From assembly GCA_043228905.1 (NCBI GenBank), contig JBHGNT010000017.1, positions 15,686,001-15,750,000 on the forward strand: DNA of 64,000 nucleotides, written 5' to 3'. Positions 1 through 11,399 of this stretch are shown one piece after another (position 1 is the first letter of the stretch; every line of letters begins with the position of its first letter). The stretch is from Azolla caroliniana (lineage: Eukaryota > Plantae > Polypodiophyta). The translations under genes and the position numbers were made by a program. A model generated the notes under the pieces. The model worked only from the letters and a program-made list of their open reading frames with translations. It was not told where the DNA came from and did no database searches.

Positions 1-2481
1 AAGAACTCAACAAGTGGTGGGGGTGTCGTAAGGCGGTCTGGAATTGAACTTGCAGTATAAGGTTCCAAAAGGGATACATGAAACACCGGATGAAGACGCA
101 TGTGCGGAGGGAGGCCAAGACGAAATGCAACATCACTTATCTTACCAGTGATCATGTAAGGGCCAAAATGTTGGTAATCCAATTTACTACAAGTCTGAGT
201 GGTCTTGATGTTGTGATGGAGAAGCCATACATGATCACCAACGCGGAACTTTTTTGAGGAGTTTAGGCGACGACGATCCGCAAGCCTCTTGTGTGTAACT
301 TGAGCATCATGCAAATTGTGGAGAATGGTAGCGTGAATTTCTTGGAGCCGACTAAGACGATCCTCAACAACAGGGTTGGTAGGAACGTGTGGATGCGCAT
401 TCATCGTCCACCGGGGAATATCCTATAGAAGAATGGGTTGAGTAGTTGTAAGCGAATTCAGCCAAGTGCAAAAAATCAACCCAATCATCTTGTTGATAGT
501 TGATGAAACAACGAAGATATTGCTCCAAAGTCTGGTTGGTACACTCAGTTTGGCCATTAGTCTCGGGATGGTAGCCCGAAGAAAGCTTAACCGAAATGTG
601 GAGAAGTTTGAACATTTGCTTCCAAAACTTTGAGTTGAATTGTGGACCACGATCACTAATAATATCATCCGGCAGACCATGATGCTTAAATACCTCCCGC
701 ATAACGAGCTTGACCACCTCTTGACTAGTAATAGACTTCGTACATGACAAGAAGTGTGCCATTTTGGTAAGTCGATCCACCACGGTGAGAATTGCAGTAA
801 AACCTTTTGAAACTGGGAGATCAGTAATGAAATCTAAGGATATAGACTTCCATGGATTTTCCGGAATGGGAAGTGGTTGTAGTAAGCCATAGGGTCGGTG
901 TCGAGGACTCTTTGATCGACAACATATATCACAGCTGCGAACATACTCCTCAACAAAATGATGAAGGCGGGGCCACCAATAGTGTCGAGAAATTAATTCT
1001 AGAATTTTGCAAACTCCTGAATGACCAGCTATTGGTGAGTCATATCAATGTTGTAAAACTTGTAGTCATGGGGGACCATCGGGAACATACAATTGGTTTT
1101 GCCAAAATAGAAAACCACCATGCCAATAGAGCTGACAATAGTCATTACGAGAGTTTTTTGACTGTGAGCAAGAAATACGATCCGGGACGATATGATCAAA
1201 AACATCCTTGGCGATTTCATCAGTGGCCATATGATCTCGAATGGAATCAAGAAGAGTGGAATCTTCAAGTGTGGTTATGGCATTAACTACCATTAATCGT
1301 AGGCAATTAGGACCTAAAAGGATTTGTTTTTTATGCTCGAATGCAGGTTCCCCTGGACGAAGTTCCATATAGAGCACCGAGAAAGAGCATCTGCTTTGCC
1401 TTGCTACATCCCAAGGCGATATATGATGACAAAGTCGAAGTGAGTCAAAAATTGCGCCCACCGAGCTTGTCGTCGACTCAAGACTCGAGCATTTTGAAAA
1501 TATGTCAAGTTCTTATGATCGTTGTAAACAATGATCTGTTGAGAAGAACCTTTTAGAAAATGTCGCCATTGTTGAAAAGAATCCACAACTACAAATAAGT
1601 TCTTTGTCATGGATCTCGTAGTTGATCTCTATAGCTTCAAACTTTCGGGAATGAAAGGCGACAAGGTGTAGCTGTCCATCATCTCCAGTCTGTGATAGGA
1701 CACTCCCTAATGCAAAATTGGATGCATCGGCTTAAAGGATGAATCGTTTTGTTGGGTCGACATGTGCTAAGATAGGTGCCGTTGTAAACGCTCATTTTAA
1801 GCTTTCGAATGCCTCAGCTGCATCTGAACTCCATATAAATGGTTGATTTTTGTGTGTGAGTTGAGTGAGCGGAAGCATGGCATTGGAATAATCTTTAATA
1901 AATTTTCGATAAAAATTTGCAAACCCTAGAAAACATTGCACATCACGCACTGAAAGGGGCGTTTGCCAGTCTAAAATTGCTTGTACCTTCATGGGTTCCA
2001 TAGCAATACCATTTGATGATACAACATACCCCAAAAATTCCACTTGATTCTGGCCGAAACTACACTTTTCTAATTTTGTGTAGAGACCATATTCTTGGAG
2101 TCGACGCAGTACCTGACGAACATGTTCATCATGCTCCTTTTGGGTCTTTGAGTAGATTAGAATATCATCCAAGTAAACTATAGTGAAGATATCGAGAAAA
2201 TCTCGAAAAATATCATTCGCCATATGTTGGAAAACTACAGGCGCATTCGTTAGACCGAATGGCATCACAATATACTCAAAATGTCCGTAGCAAGTACGGA
2301 AAGTTGTCTTCCATTCATTCCCCAGGCGAATCTGAACTAGATTATATGCACCGACCAACCGAAGAGTCCCATTCTTTTACTTAACGAAGAAGATAGGTGC
2401 GCCCGTAGGGGATCTAGAATGCCGAATGAATCCGTTTGCCAGATTCTCATCAATATATTCCCGCAAAGTCTCTAGCTCTAC
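1..2481 (-). mobile_element. Ty3/Gypsy chromovirus (Tcn1-like) pol remnant: RT, RNase H, integrase, GPY/F region; degenerate and inverted relative to its chromodomain and LTR
   Basis: Minus-strand frames give RT (VMPFGLTNAP, YLDDILIYS; ORF 1792-2358), RNase H (DHKNL, RRQARWAQFL), integrase (IISDRGPQF, YHPETNGQTE; ORF 364-783) and HPVFHVSLLEPY near position 60. Stops, frameshifts and a deletion near 2358 are present. The Tcn1 assignment is from motif resemblance only. Confidence 0.93.
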
Positions 2482-2640
2482 ACTCTCGATTCTAAAATCG
2501 TGCGCAACAAGCTGTATTACTTGGTCGATTGGCTAGGCTATAGCCCCAATGTTCGAACTTAGGAACCTGCCGCAAATTTTTCCAATGCTACAGACATGGT
2601 CATTGCAATTCATCGCCAATATCCTCTTAAACTAAGTCCT
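2482..2640 (+). pseudogene. Chromodomain (integrase C-terminus) of the chromovirus
   Basis: Reads [35 protein letters not shown], a chromodomain pattern with one stop; followed by a PPT and LTR. Confidence 0.85.
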
Positions 2641-2689
2641 AATACAAACCCTACGACCCGTGAGATGTGTCGTCGAAGAAGGGGGATAG

Positions 2690-3029
2690 TGTCGTGATGA
2701 CACTCACATCATTCCTAGAAAGGATTTGAACCCACGACCTTGTTGTACACATGTCAAATCCTTAACCATTGTATTAATCTTCTTATATGTATAGTTTTTA
2801 GAATATATAATCTAATATCATAGGAATATTCTATATTACTCTACATTCTAGAATAACCTAGAATATTCTAGAGTGTCCTATACACTAGAACCTTCTAGAT
2901 TACTCTACATTCTAAGATGACCTAGAATATTCTAGAGTGTTTTCTATTACTTATAAATAGGGATCTATCAATCATCCCAAACCTAAATTGGTTCAACGCC
3001 ATTTTGTAGCACTCTATTGCCTACAATAC

Positions 3030-3077
<48 letters not shown>

Positions 3078-3093
3078 TGGGCGTGTCTTGACA
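2690..3093 (+). mobile_element. 3' LTR of the chromovirus
   Basis: PPT GAAGAAGGGGGATAG at 2675-2689; termini TGTC...GACA; TATAAATA near 2952; (CT)n tract about 3036-3074. Confidence 0.8.
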
Positions 3094-3957
3094 ACAAGGT
3101 ATTGGTGCATCTTGTACTCCCAAGATGCAAAGTTATTTCTATTGAGCTTCTCGGTAGGAAGAGCGCTTCTCATCTGAGTGTTCATTATCGAACTTCTTCT
3201 TCTTCTCCTCTTTGATACGAACTGTGCAAGTTGTTGCTACAGCGATCAACCGGTTCTTTCCAAACACGGGATTAAGCACAACACACTCAGAGGTGATGGG
3301 CTTCGATCAAGCAACCATGTGCTCTGATACCATGTAACGAATCGGTGATGATTCTGTGCAGCGAAAGAATTGAGAGAGAGAGAGCTCAAGATTACAGGAA
3401 AACGGTATTACCAAGAAGCAAGATTGACCAACAACTTTACAAAGAGAAGGAGAAGGTGCTTATGTAGTCAACTTCTCTCTAAGTTCTCTCACTAGTACCG
3501 CCTCTTGGGAAAGAGATCGTGTCTTAACTACTTAAAGAATATGTGTCATAGAACATTAACTTCTATGACACACTAGTTACTATACAAGGAGGTGGGGTGT
3601 TCACACACTTGAGTATCCTAGAGTGTGTTTCCACTCATGGGAAGTTGAGTTTGATTCTCAACGGTGTAGCTAAAGACCTTTCTCTATATTAATAAGCATC
3701 AAGTTACAAAAATACCCACAATGAGGTATATAGATCTCATGTGCAAGAGTGCACATGTGTGAGGAGAATATAGGTACAAAGATGTAAATCCTATATTAAA
3801 TGAACAGGAGAGTGAAGGATCTAGAATGTATCCCCCTCAAGTAAAGAATCCTATTTAAGGCTTTAAGGTCAACACACTAACTAGATTCTATCTAGGTAAC
3901 TACTAAGTTACGTGGTTAACTAAATGGCTAAACTTAGTTGAGCTTGATATCTCAACA
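3094..3957 (-). mobile_element. 5' end of a Ty1/Copia element: 5' LTR 3333-3957, tRNA-iMet PBS 3321-3332, gag start 3185 to 3094 (interrupted by the chromovirus)
   Basis: TGTTG...TTACA termini on the minus strand, then TGGTATCAGAGC. Gag starts MNTQMRSALPTEKLNRNNFASWEYKMHQYL, homologous to the gag at 22208 (SLPTEKLDRTNYMSWSYKMHQYL). Confidence 0.85.
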
Positions 3958-5690
3958 GAAGTTATGTTGGTTAGTGATCATGCTAAGTGGGAGCATGCCA
4001 TGCAAAGTGAATTAGATAGTATTCATAAGAATGGTGCTTGGGATTTTGTACTTTTCCAAAGTACAAAGCAGGCTTGGTAGCAAAAGGTTTCAAGCAAGAA
4101 TAAGGAGTTGATTTTGATGAAATTTTCTATCCTATAGTTAAGATGACTACATTGCATATGTTGCTTGCATTGGCCGCAAATCATGACTTAGAATCAGTCC
4201 AAATGGATGTAAAGATTGCTTTCTTGCATGGGGATCTTGATGAGGAGATCTATATGGAACAACCAGACGGTTACGATGTCTCAAGCAAAGAACACTTGGT
4301 ATGTAAACTCAAGAAGAGCTTGTATGGGCTTAAGCAATCCCCAAGATTGTGGTACCAAAAGTTGAAGCTTTTATGAAGACTCGGGGGTGCACTAGAAGCA
4401 ATGAGGATCCTTGTCTTTATACGAATAAATGTTCATATGGGAGTTCTATTATGTTGATACTCTATGTTGATGACATGCTTATAGTTGGTAAAAACGAGGA
4501 TGAGTTGTCCTTGTTGAAGAAAAACTTGAGTCAAACTTTTGACACGAAGGATTTGGGAGACACAAAACATATTATTGGTATGCATATTACTCATGGTAGG
4601 AGTAAACGATGCATTTATTTGTCTCGGGTTGAGCACATATCCAAAGTACTCAAGAGGTTTAATACGGAGAATGCAAAGCCGTTGAGCACCCCATTACCTA
4701 CATGTAAAGCTAAGCATGTGTGATTGCCCCACATTTGATGAGGACAAGGAATTCATGACCAAGGTTCCTTTTCAATCTGCCATTGGGAGTCTTATGTATG
4801 CCATGGTGACTACTAGACCAGACATTACATTTGCAATGGGGGCGGTAAGTTGATTCATGTCAAATCCTGGTAAGAAACATTGGGATGCAGTCAACTTGAT
4901 ATTGAGCTATCTAAGTGGCACTAAAGATCAATGTCTATGTTTGGGTAGAGGTGATGTCTCTATCATTGGATACACATATTCGTATTATGTTGGATGTGCT
5001 GACAATAGGAAATCTACTTCATGGTACATTTTTCAAATTATGGGAGGTGCCATTGCTTGGAAATCTCGTCTTCAAGAATGTGTTGTATTGTCAACTATAG
5101 AAGCAGAGTATGTTGCATCAACATGTACCCAATTTAATTATTTTGTGATCATCGGAGTGACATTGCTTTGGCTAAGAACCCAATATATCATGCAAAGACC
5201 AAGCACATTGGAGAGCGATACCATTTCATTCGGGAATGCTTAGCTAATGGTAGCATTAGCCTTGAGAAGGTTGTATCTCGAGAAAATGTCGGAGATGCAT
5301 TGACCAAGGTCTTACCACAAGATGCATTGGAGCATTGGTGTCATTTGATGGGGATCACTTAGTGCCTTATGCAACATGCTCATTAGGTAGGAGGTATAGG
5401 CCCAATACAATTCAACCTTCTATTGTTCGTACTCTTAGTTTAGGCCTTTTAGTGGGAGATTGTTACATGTACGTAGTGTGAAAAGGCCAAAAAGGTCTAT
5501 GCTCTTGTTTTTACCTATTTTTCCTTTTTCATCTATTTGGGGTGAGAACTCCTCTGCTGAGCAAACATAGAATGATTGCCACCCTCACCTATGTGTGGTC
5601 TACCCTCTTAGAGTTCTCCTCTTCCTTTGTTGTCCCTGGGTTCAAATCCTGGAGAAGAACTATGTTTCTCTGCTCCACCGACCAATAACA
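3958..5690 (+). mobile_element. Degenerate Ty1/Copia 3' half: RT and RNase H (3958-5362), PPT, 3' LTR 5461-5690
   Basis: QMDVKIAFLHGDLDEEIYMEQP, LYGLKQSPR, LYVDDML, HAKTKHI; PPT AGTGGGAGAT at 5451-5460; LTR termini TGTTA...TAACA; many frameshifts. Confidence 0.92.
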
Positions 5691-5980
5691 AGGAAGAGCT
5701 AGTAGAGGATGAATTTCACTTGCTTTTTACATGCTCTTCATATAGCGCAATTCATGAAAGCTATGTTGATATATTAAGAGGGGGTGATGAATTGAGTGTC
5801 ACACTAAACAGAACACCTCATATGTGTATGCCTTGTTTGCACATCGAGATTTCGTGCTTGAGAGTGTGAATATCCCCTTCTTAGGAAGGAGGCACACATC
5901 AATATAACATTTGTAGTTACATCCCATGGGTCACTATTGGCCTCTCTATGGACGCTAAAAATATCTACCTATCTATCTTC
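5691..5980 (+). mobile_element. Non-LTR retrotransposon (LINE) 3' end remnant
   Basis: ELVEDEFHLLFTCSSYSAI resembles the C-terminal half of a LINE ORF2 zinc motif; ends in a (TATC)-like tail at about 5962-5978. Confidence 0.55.
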
Positions 5981-7189
5981 ATGACAAACACTTCCCATGT
6001 TGAGCAATGGTTAGTTGTGGATTCCTTTCAAAGAGACAAGTTTGTTGGTTTCCTATGCACTTACCAATTTACCCAAAACTTCAATTCAATTACTTGAAGT
6101 GGTTATGCAAATAATGTTTCATGAGACTTAGGCAATCATCTTTCATGAGATTTCAAGGTTTTTGCTTCTACAATCGACCAAGATTTCAAGATTAAATCTC
6201 TTCAAGAAAAACCAAGCATTTAATGCAAACATTCATCCCCGATTCATACAAATTCCCAACATAGATGATTTAAAACTTTACATTAGATAGAAGTATCCTC
6301 ACAAGAAATAGGTAAGTTTACAACTTTATGCGAAGTCAAAACATGTAACAAAACCATTTGTCTCTCACATCACAAAACTTAAAAACTCGAATGTATGATT
6401 TCATCAGAGTTCTTGTCATGATGGCATTAGATTTTGGGTATTCAAAATGTTACAAACAAACGATAACTCATAATATGCCTCAACATACCTTATGTCAAAA
6501 CCATTTTGACCTCATATGCCAAAAAATTTACATTGGTCTAAGAAATATTTGACACCTTATTCTTTGAACCATGGGATGTGGACATTATAAAGGAGATTTC
6601 AAACGAGCATTGTACCAAGCCTTCAACATGAACATACTAGCCCACAATAAAAAAGAAGGAAAAAAAACACCTCATGAACCATGATCCTACATTACTTGAT
6701 AATCAATGTTAAATAAACATACGGTTAACATGTTACCACAGTCATAGATGCGTCCGGCTCATCTTGAACGGCTGATATGTCAAAATTATCAAAGGAAAAT
6801 GCCATCGACAATAAATCAACATGACCGAATGAAATTTCATGTGATTTGCACTTGTATACAAGAAAGCATCTTGGAAGCCAAAACTTCTCAGACGCCGATA
6901 TTTCTATCGCTCCAAGTTAGCAGTTCATGGAAAAGCTCCACACATATGTAAGAGAAAGAACAAGGTAGGGTGGTTACCAAACCCACATGTCATTGCAGAC
7001 GCAACCGGAAGAGGTGCCGCTACAGAAGCATCAGTGTGATTATTGAACACTTCATAAAGTTACACCTCAAACTTTGTTCCTATGGGTTGCCACTTCCAGC
7101 AGCAGAATAGGCATAATACTAATAAATGTCCTTATGCCAACAAACTGAGGAAAATATCATTAATGAATGTCATGTAATTCAGCCCCCTA

Positions 7190-7222
<33 letters not shown>

Positions 7223-7347
7223 ACATAAATACATCTGCTCTTGAAATCACAATTTCATAATGTGATTCATGAATAATTGATTGTCTTCATACAAAGACAA
7301 CATGCTGCCAATTGCAGATGAATACAGGCACGACGAATAGTTCTCCT

Positions 7348-9597
7348 TTATGGGGATGAATCACGACATGGGAGAATAAGATCACTCGGAACAGAGGCGG
7401 GATCAAGCTCCCAGAAACCTCCTTCGAGATCAGGAGCTTCGGTGCCCTTCAGCTTATATGCTGGAACCTGATATGAGAATCTACATATCTCTTCGGCCGG
7501 TATATTTAAATAGCTTCCCGTGCACACGAACACGGTCTTATGCCTTCTGAACTTCTCCATACATGCGACCGAGACACCCGTATCTGCATTGAAGTCTGAG
7601 ACCACTTCTACCATATCATACTTGAATGATGCACTCTCTTTCCCGATCCCGAGGTTTGGTTCCCAATCCCTATACAATGCCCAAATATCTCCTTTCTTCG
7701 GATAGATCCTTATTAGTCCCTTCAGTCCCTTCTCCCACTTCAAAATGTGAGAGAAAATATCAACTGTTTCGAGCACCTGAGAGAAAGAGAATCTGAAGGA
7801 AGCACCACAAACCGGGTGATATCCGAGCCTTTTAAGCGCTTTTTGTTGCTCATTCATGTTCCGAAGCTCGAGCCATGTGATGGTAACCCTAAAAGGAGAC
7901 CTTGACTTCACTTCTTTCACCTTGAAATAGTATCTCGGAAGACCTTCGTTGTCATCATAGGCTGCCCATATCTGGCCAACAGCAACATCTTTCTCCTCTC
8001 TTTCTTTATCAAAATCATGGAATTCAGGATCCGGAACTGTAAATTGCTTCAACTCCTCGCTATCTGACCCCGATCCCTCAGATTCTTCCCCTTTCGAATC
8101 TTCGTCTCCTAATGAATTAACCTTAGATTCAGCCCAAGCCTTTGCCTGCTTCTTCTCATTCTTTGAGAAATCCTCTTGAAATTCTCCACTACTCTCCCCT
8201 TCACTAGCATTAGATTTCGCTTTACTCACATTCCCTCCTCTATCACTGTGTTGTCCATTTGCAGTATTAGAATCTTTCACATCATTGTGCAGGTTGAGAT
8301 TTGACCGTATCCTATCCTTGAAGAAATCAGCAAGCTTCTGCTTCTCTTTCATTTCAACAGCATCTCCATTCTGAGCATTGTTCCCGTTCATGCCCGACTC
8401 TTTCCTTGCTTCTTCAGATGGTTTATCCTCCCCTTCAGCCTTCAAGTTCAAAGAAGGGTCTTCATCATCATCACTAACATCGATTTTATAAGTCACATTC
8501 CTACGGGGTCGAGAAGATCTCCTCACAGCTGCAGCATTGGAATCCATTTCCTGATTGGCTATATCATTATCAGACAGACCATCCATGGAATTCTCTGTTT
8601 CTTCATCCCCATCACTACTACTATCTGATAGATGTTTCTTTTGCCGTCGACGTTTCCTATCTTCCTCTTCTTTCTTTTTCCTCATCATTCTCTCCATAGC
8701 TTCCTGAGCCTTCTGATCAGATTTCGCCTTCCGTTGTTGTTCCTTCTCGGCTCTCTTCCTCTCTTTCTCAGCTTCCTTCTCATCGCTTCTCTTTCTTTTG
8801 ACACCTTGGGCCGCATCCATATATTGCTTTTCTTTGGACATATTGTTCATATGATCGGAAGCCTTACCTGAAGAAGTGGGATCTGAGGTATTGGACTGAA
8901 ACGTGGTTCCGTTGAAGCTTTGTTGCTGATCATAGGCGAATTGGTGTGTAAATGCATTATAACCAGTTGTGCTATTGCCATTGATAGGACCTCCGTGAAA
9001 CTCTCTTGCGATGAAAGGGGTGTGGCATTGGTGACAAAGAAGGTTTTGATTCTCATAAACCCTATAATACTGATACTTTGTATGGCAAGCTGGACAAATG
9101 GTCATAAATGTAACACTAGTTTTGTTCACCAAGCTAGTCCCACTAGGTTGTCTATTCTGGCTTCTTGGAGCTGAGCTAACACTGCTCTTATTCACTTGTT
9201 TCCTTCGTGAATCATGTATAGCTCTTTGCTGTTTATCAGATAATACTTGCAAAGCTTCTCCGATGAGCTTAAATGCAGATTCGGCACCCGAGGATTTGTT
9301 CTTATCAGGGTGAAGAAGCAAAGCAAGTTTCTTGTACTGCTTCTTTATAACTATTTCTTCAGCCCGAGGATCGACTTGTAAGATACCATACCAATCTGTT
9401 TCAGCCCCATTGATCTTCGTCTGTGCGGCGATGTGAACATCCAATACACTAGACATTTGGGTTGTATTCTCAAGTGCTGGAAAGAGCTGAAGAGCTTTCT
9501 GAAGGAATTTGCGGGCACCATTGTAGTCTTGTAAGGAAAGCTTCTTCTCCGCAATCTCTCGTGCTCGGAGTGCTTCCTCCCTGTTACACTCCATCAC
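7348..9597 (-). CDS. DnaJ/Hsp40 J-domain protein with zinc-ribbon and C-terminal DUF3444 domain (749 aa, single coding exon)
   Basis: Intact ORF: MECNREEALRA N-terminus, DWYGILQV...LHPDKN J-domain, CPAC...CHQC, then PDPEFHDFD...GQIWAAYDD...PRYY...GDIWALY...WELDPAS, typical of plant DUF3444 J-proteins. Confidence 0.93.
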   Translation of the reverse strand: MMECNREEALRAREIAEKKLSLQDYNGARKFLQKALQLFPALENTTQMSSVLDVHIAAQTKINGAETDWYGILQVDPRAEEIVIKKQYKKLALLLHPDKNKSSGAESAFKLIGEALQVLSDKQQRAIHDSRRKQVNKSSVSSAPRSQNRQPSGTSLVNKTSVTFMTICPACHTKYQYYRVYENQNLLCHQCHTPFIAREFHGGPINGNSTTGYNAFTHQFAYDQQQSFNGTTFQSNTSDPTSSGKASDHMNNMSKEKQYMDAAQGVKRKRSDEKEAEKERKRAEKEQQRKAKSDQKAQEAMERMMRKKKEEEDRKRRRQKKHLSDSSSDGDEETENSMDGLSDNDIANQEMDSNAAAVRRSSRPRRNVTYKIDVSDDDEDPSLNLKAEGEDKPSEEARKESGMNGNNAQNGDAVEMKEKQKLADFFKDRIRSNLNLHNDVKDSNTANGQHSDRGGNVSKAKSNASEGESSGEFQEDFSKNEKKQAKAWAESKVNSLGDEDSKGEESEGSGSDSEELKQFTVPDPEFHDFDKEREEKDVAVGQIWAAYDDNEGLPRYYFKVKEVKSRSPFRVTITWLELRNMNEQQKALKRLGYHPVCGASFRFSFSQVLETVDIFSHILKWEKGLKGLIRIYPKKGDIWALYRDWEPNLGIGKESASFKYDMVEVVSDFNADTGVSVACMEKFRRHKTVFVCTGSYLNIPAEEICRFSYQVPAYKLKGTEAPDLEGGFWELDPASVPSDLILPCRDSSP

Positions 9598-9696
9598 AAG
9601 CTTCCTACCCTCCTCATGTCTGAAGGATCACATCAAAGGTTAATGTATGTAGATAGATACATATAGCTATGTATCTATCTATATGATATGTCCCAC

Positions 9697-10298
9697 CTGA
9701 AATCAAAACAATTAGTTAGGTCAGTGAGAATTCTGTAGAAAAACCCTACAAACAGGTATTGAATGAAACGCAAAAATCAGATATGAGATGGAAGCCATAA
9801 AATAGGTATGAAATGAAACTTTAGAGCAAGGGAAGAACTGAAAATCTCGAGACAGAGATGCCGTAGACACCCTAAAAAAAAACAGGGAATGAGAAGAAAA
9901 CCCTAAAAACAGGCCATGAAATGGAACCCCCGAAACAGAGAACAAAAAATAAAGGAATGTAATAGGCACCCAAAAAAAGGGAATGGAATTAAAACCCTAG
10001 ATCAGGGGATGAGAATCATAAAAACAAGAATGCGAATGGAGGGGGCTTTGAGAATGGGAACCCCAAAAACAGAGGTATGGACATGGAAATCGTGAAAACA
10101 CAGAGAGAGAATGAAGGATCCCTCCCTAGCCCATTAACAAGACGATCATTGGGAAGGGAATGACAGATGATGAGGTGGGTGAGTGGGGGCGGGAAGAGAA
10201 TTGAACACAACACAGGAAAAGAAGAGAACAGGAAGCAAAGCATATGATATGATATGATATGATATGATGTGCACATTTTCAGAGCAACAAGAACTCAC
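9697..10298 (-). other. Putative 5'-UTR intron of the DnaJ gene
   Basis: Minus-strand donor AG|GTGAGT at 10298 and acceptor TTTGATTTCAG| at 9697; a GA-rich leader lies upstream (about 10300-10370). Confidence 0.6.
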
Positions 10299-10532
10299 CT
10301 TCCTGAGTTTCCCTCTCTCTCTCTCTCTCTCCAAACTGAAACTCTGCTTCTCTTTCTCTTTCTCTCCCTTTCTCTGATTTTGTTGCTTGTCTCTGAGTCT
10401 CTGTTTCCCTCACCCTGTGCGTTTTTTCCTTTCGCTACATCAGAAAATGGCAGTTTTGAGAATGTTTATGTGTTGTTGTTGGGAGCAGGGGAAACAAAGA
10501 TGGTGATGATGATGAAATGTATCTTTCCTCAC

Positions 10533-11158
10533 CATGGCTATGGCTATGGCTATGGGCCTATGGCCATGGCATGACATTGGAGCTATGGCCATGGCAATGG
10601 CTATGGCTATGGCTATGGCTATGGCTATGGCTATGGCTATGGCTATGGCTATGGCTATGGCTATGGCTATGGCTATGGCTATGGCATGACATTGGAGCTA
10701 TGGCTATGGCCATGTCTTTGTCTTTGTCTTTTTGCCATGGCTATGGCTATGGCCATGGCTTTTTTTCTTTGCCTTTGCCGTGTCTATAGCCTATGGCCAT
10801 GGCATGGGACTTTGGTCATTGGCATGGAGTTATGGCCATGGCATGAGACTCTCGCCATGGCCATGGATGATGGGACTATGTAGGCCATGGCATGGATGAT
10901 GGGACTTATGTACAACCATGGCATGGATGATGGGACTATGTATCACCATGGCATGGAGCTATGTATGACCAGGGCATGGAGCTATGTATGGCCATGGCAT
11001 GGAGCTATGTATGACCTTGGCATGGAGCTATGTATGACCTTGGCATGGAGCTATGTATGACCATGGCATGGAACTATGTATGGCCATGGCATGGAGCTAT
11101 GTATGACCATGGCATGGAACTATGTATGGCCATGGCATGGAGCTATGTATGGCCATGG
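10533..11158. repeat. Compound tandem repeat: (CTATGG)n hexamer run plus nine copies of a 23-bp unit CCATGGCATGGAGCTATGTATGA (10946-11152)
   Basis: Directly visible; pure hexamer run at about 10598-10685; 23-bp period counted from 10946 to 11152. Confidence 0.95.
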
Positions 11159-11399
11159 TAGGGACTCGTGTCACACGGAACTCTCGACACAACCACCCAC
11201 TTTAAATAAACTCTTTAGCCATGGCTTTCACACGAATCAAGCTCATCCCTCAAATCGATTCTATTGTGCTTCGTAGGTAGATTCGATGGAACGTTGATTA
11301 CTCTGGTCGAACACAATGGGGGCTGATTCATTGTCATGGTATTACCTAGCCTGACATATTCAATCAATTTTACTACATACTCATAATAAGAGGATATAA

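Noticed and set aside
2712-2778. Functional tRNA gene
   Set aside because: No acceptor or anticodon stem can be formed; reported only as tRNA-like boxes.
10946-11152. 23-bp repeat array as a possible CRISPR
   Set aside because: Units are head-to-tail with no unique spacers, no cas genes, and the context is eukaryotic.
10517-11276. ORFs with WLWLWL / AMAMAM / WPWHG repeats
   Set aside because: Translation artefacts of the (CTATGG)n and 23-bp arrays.
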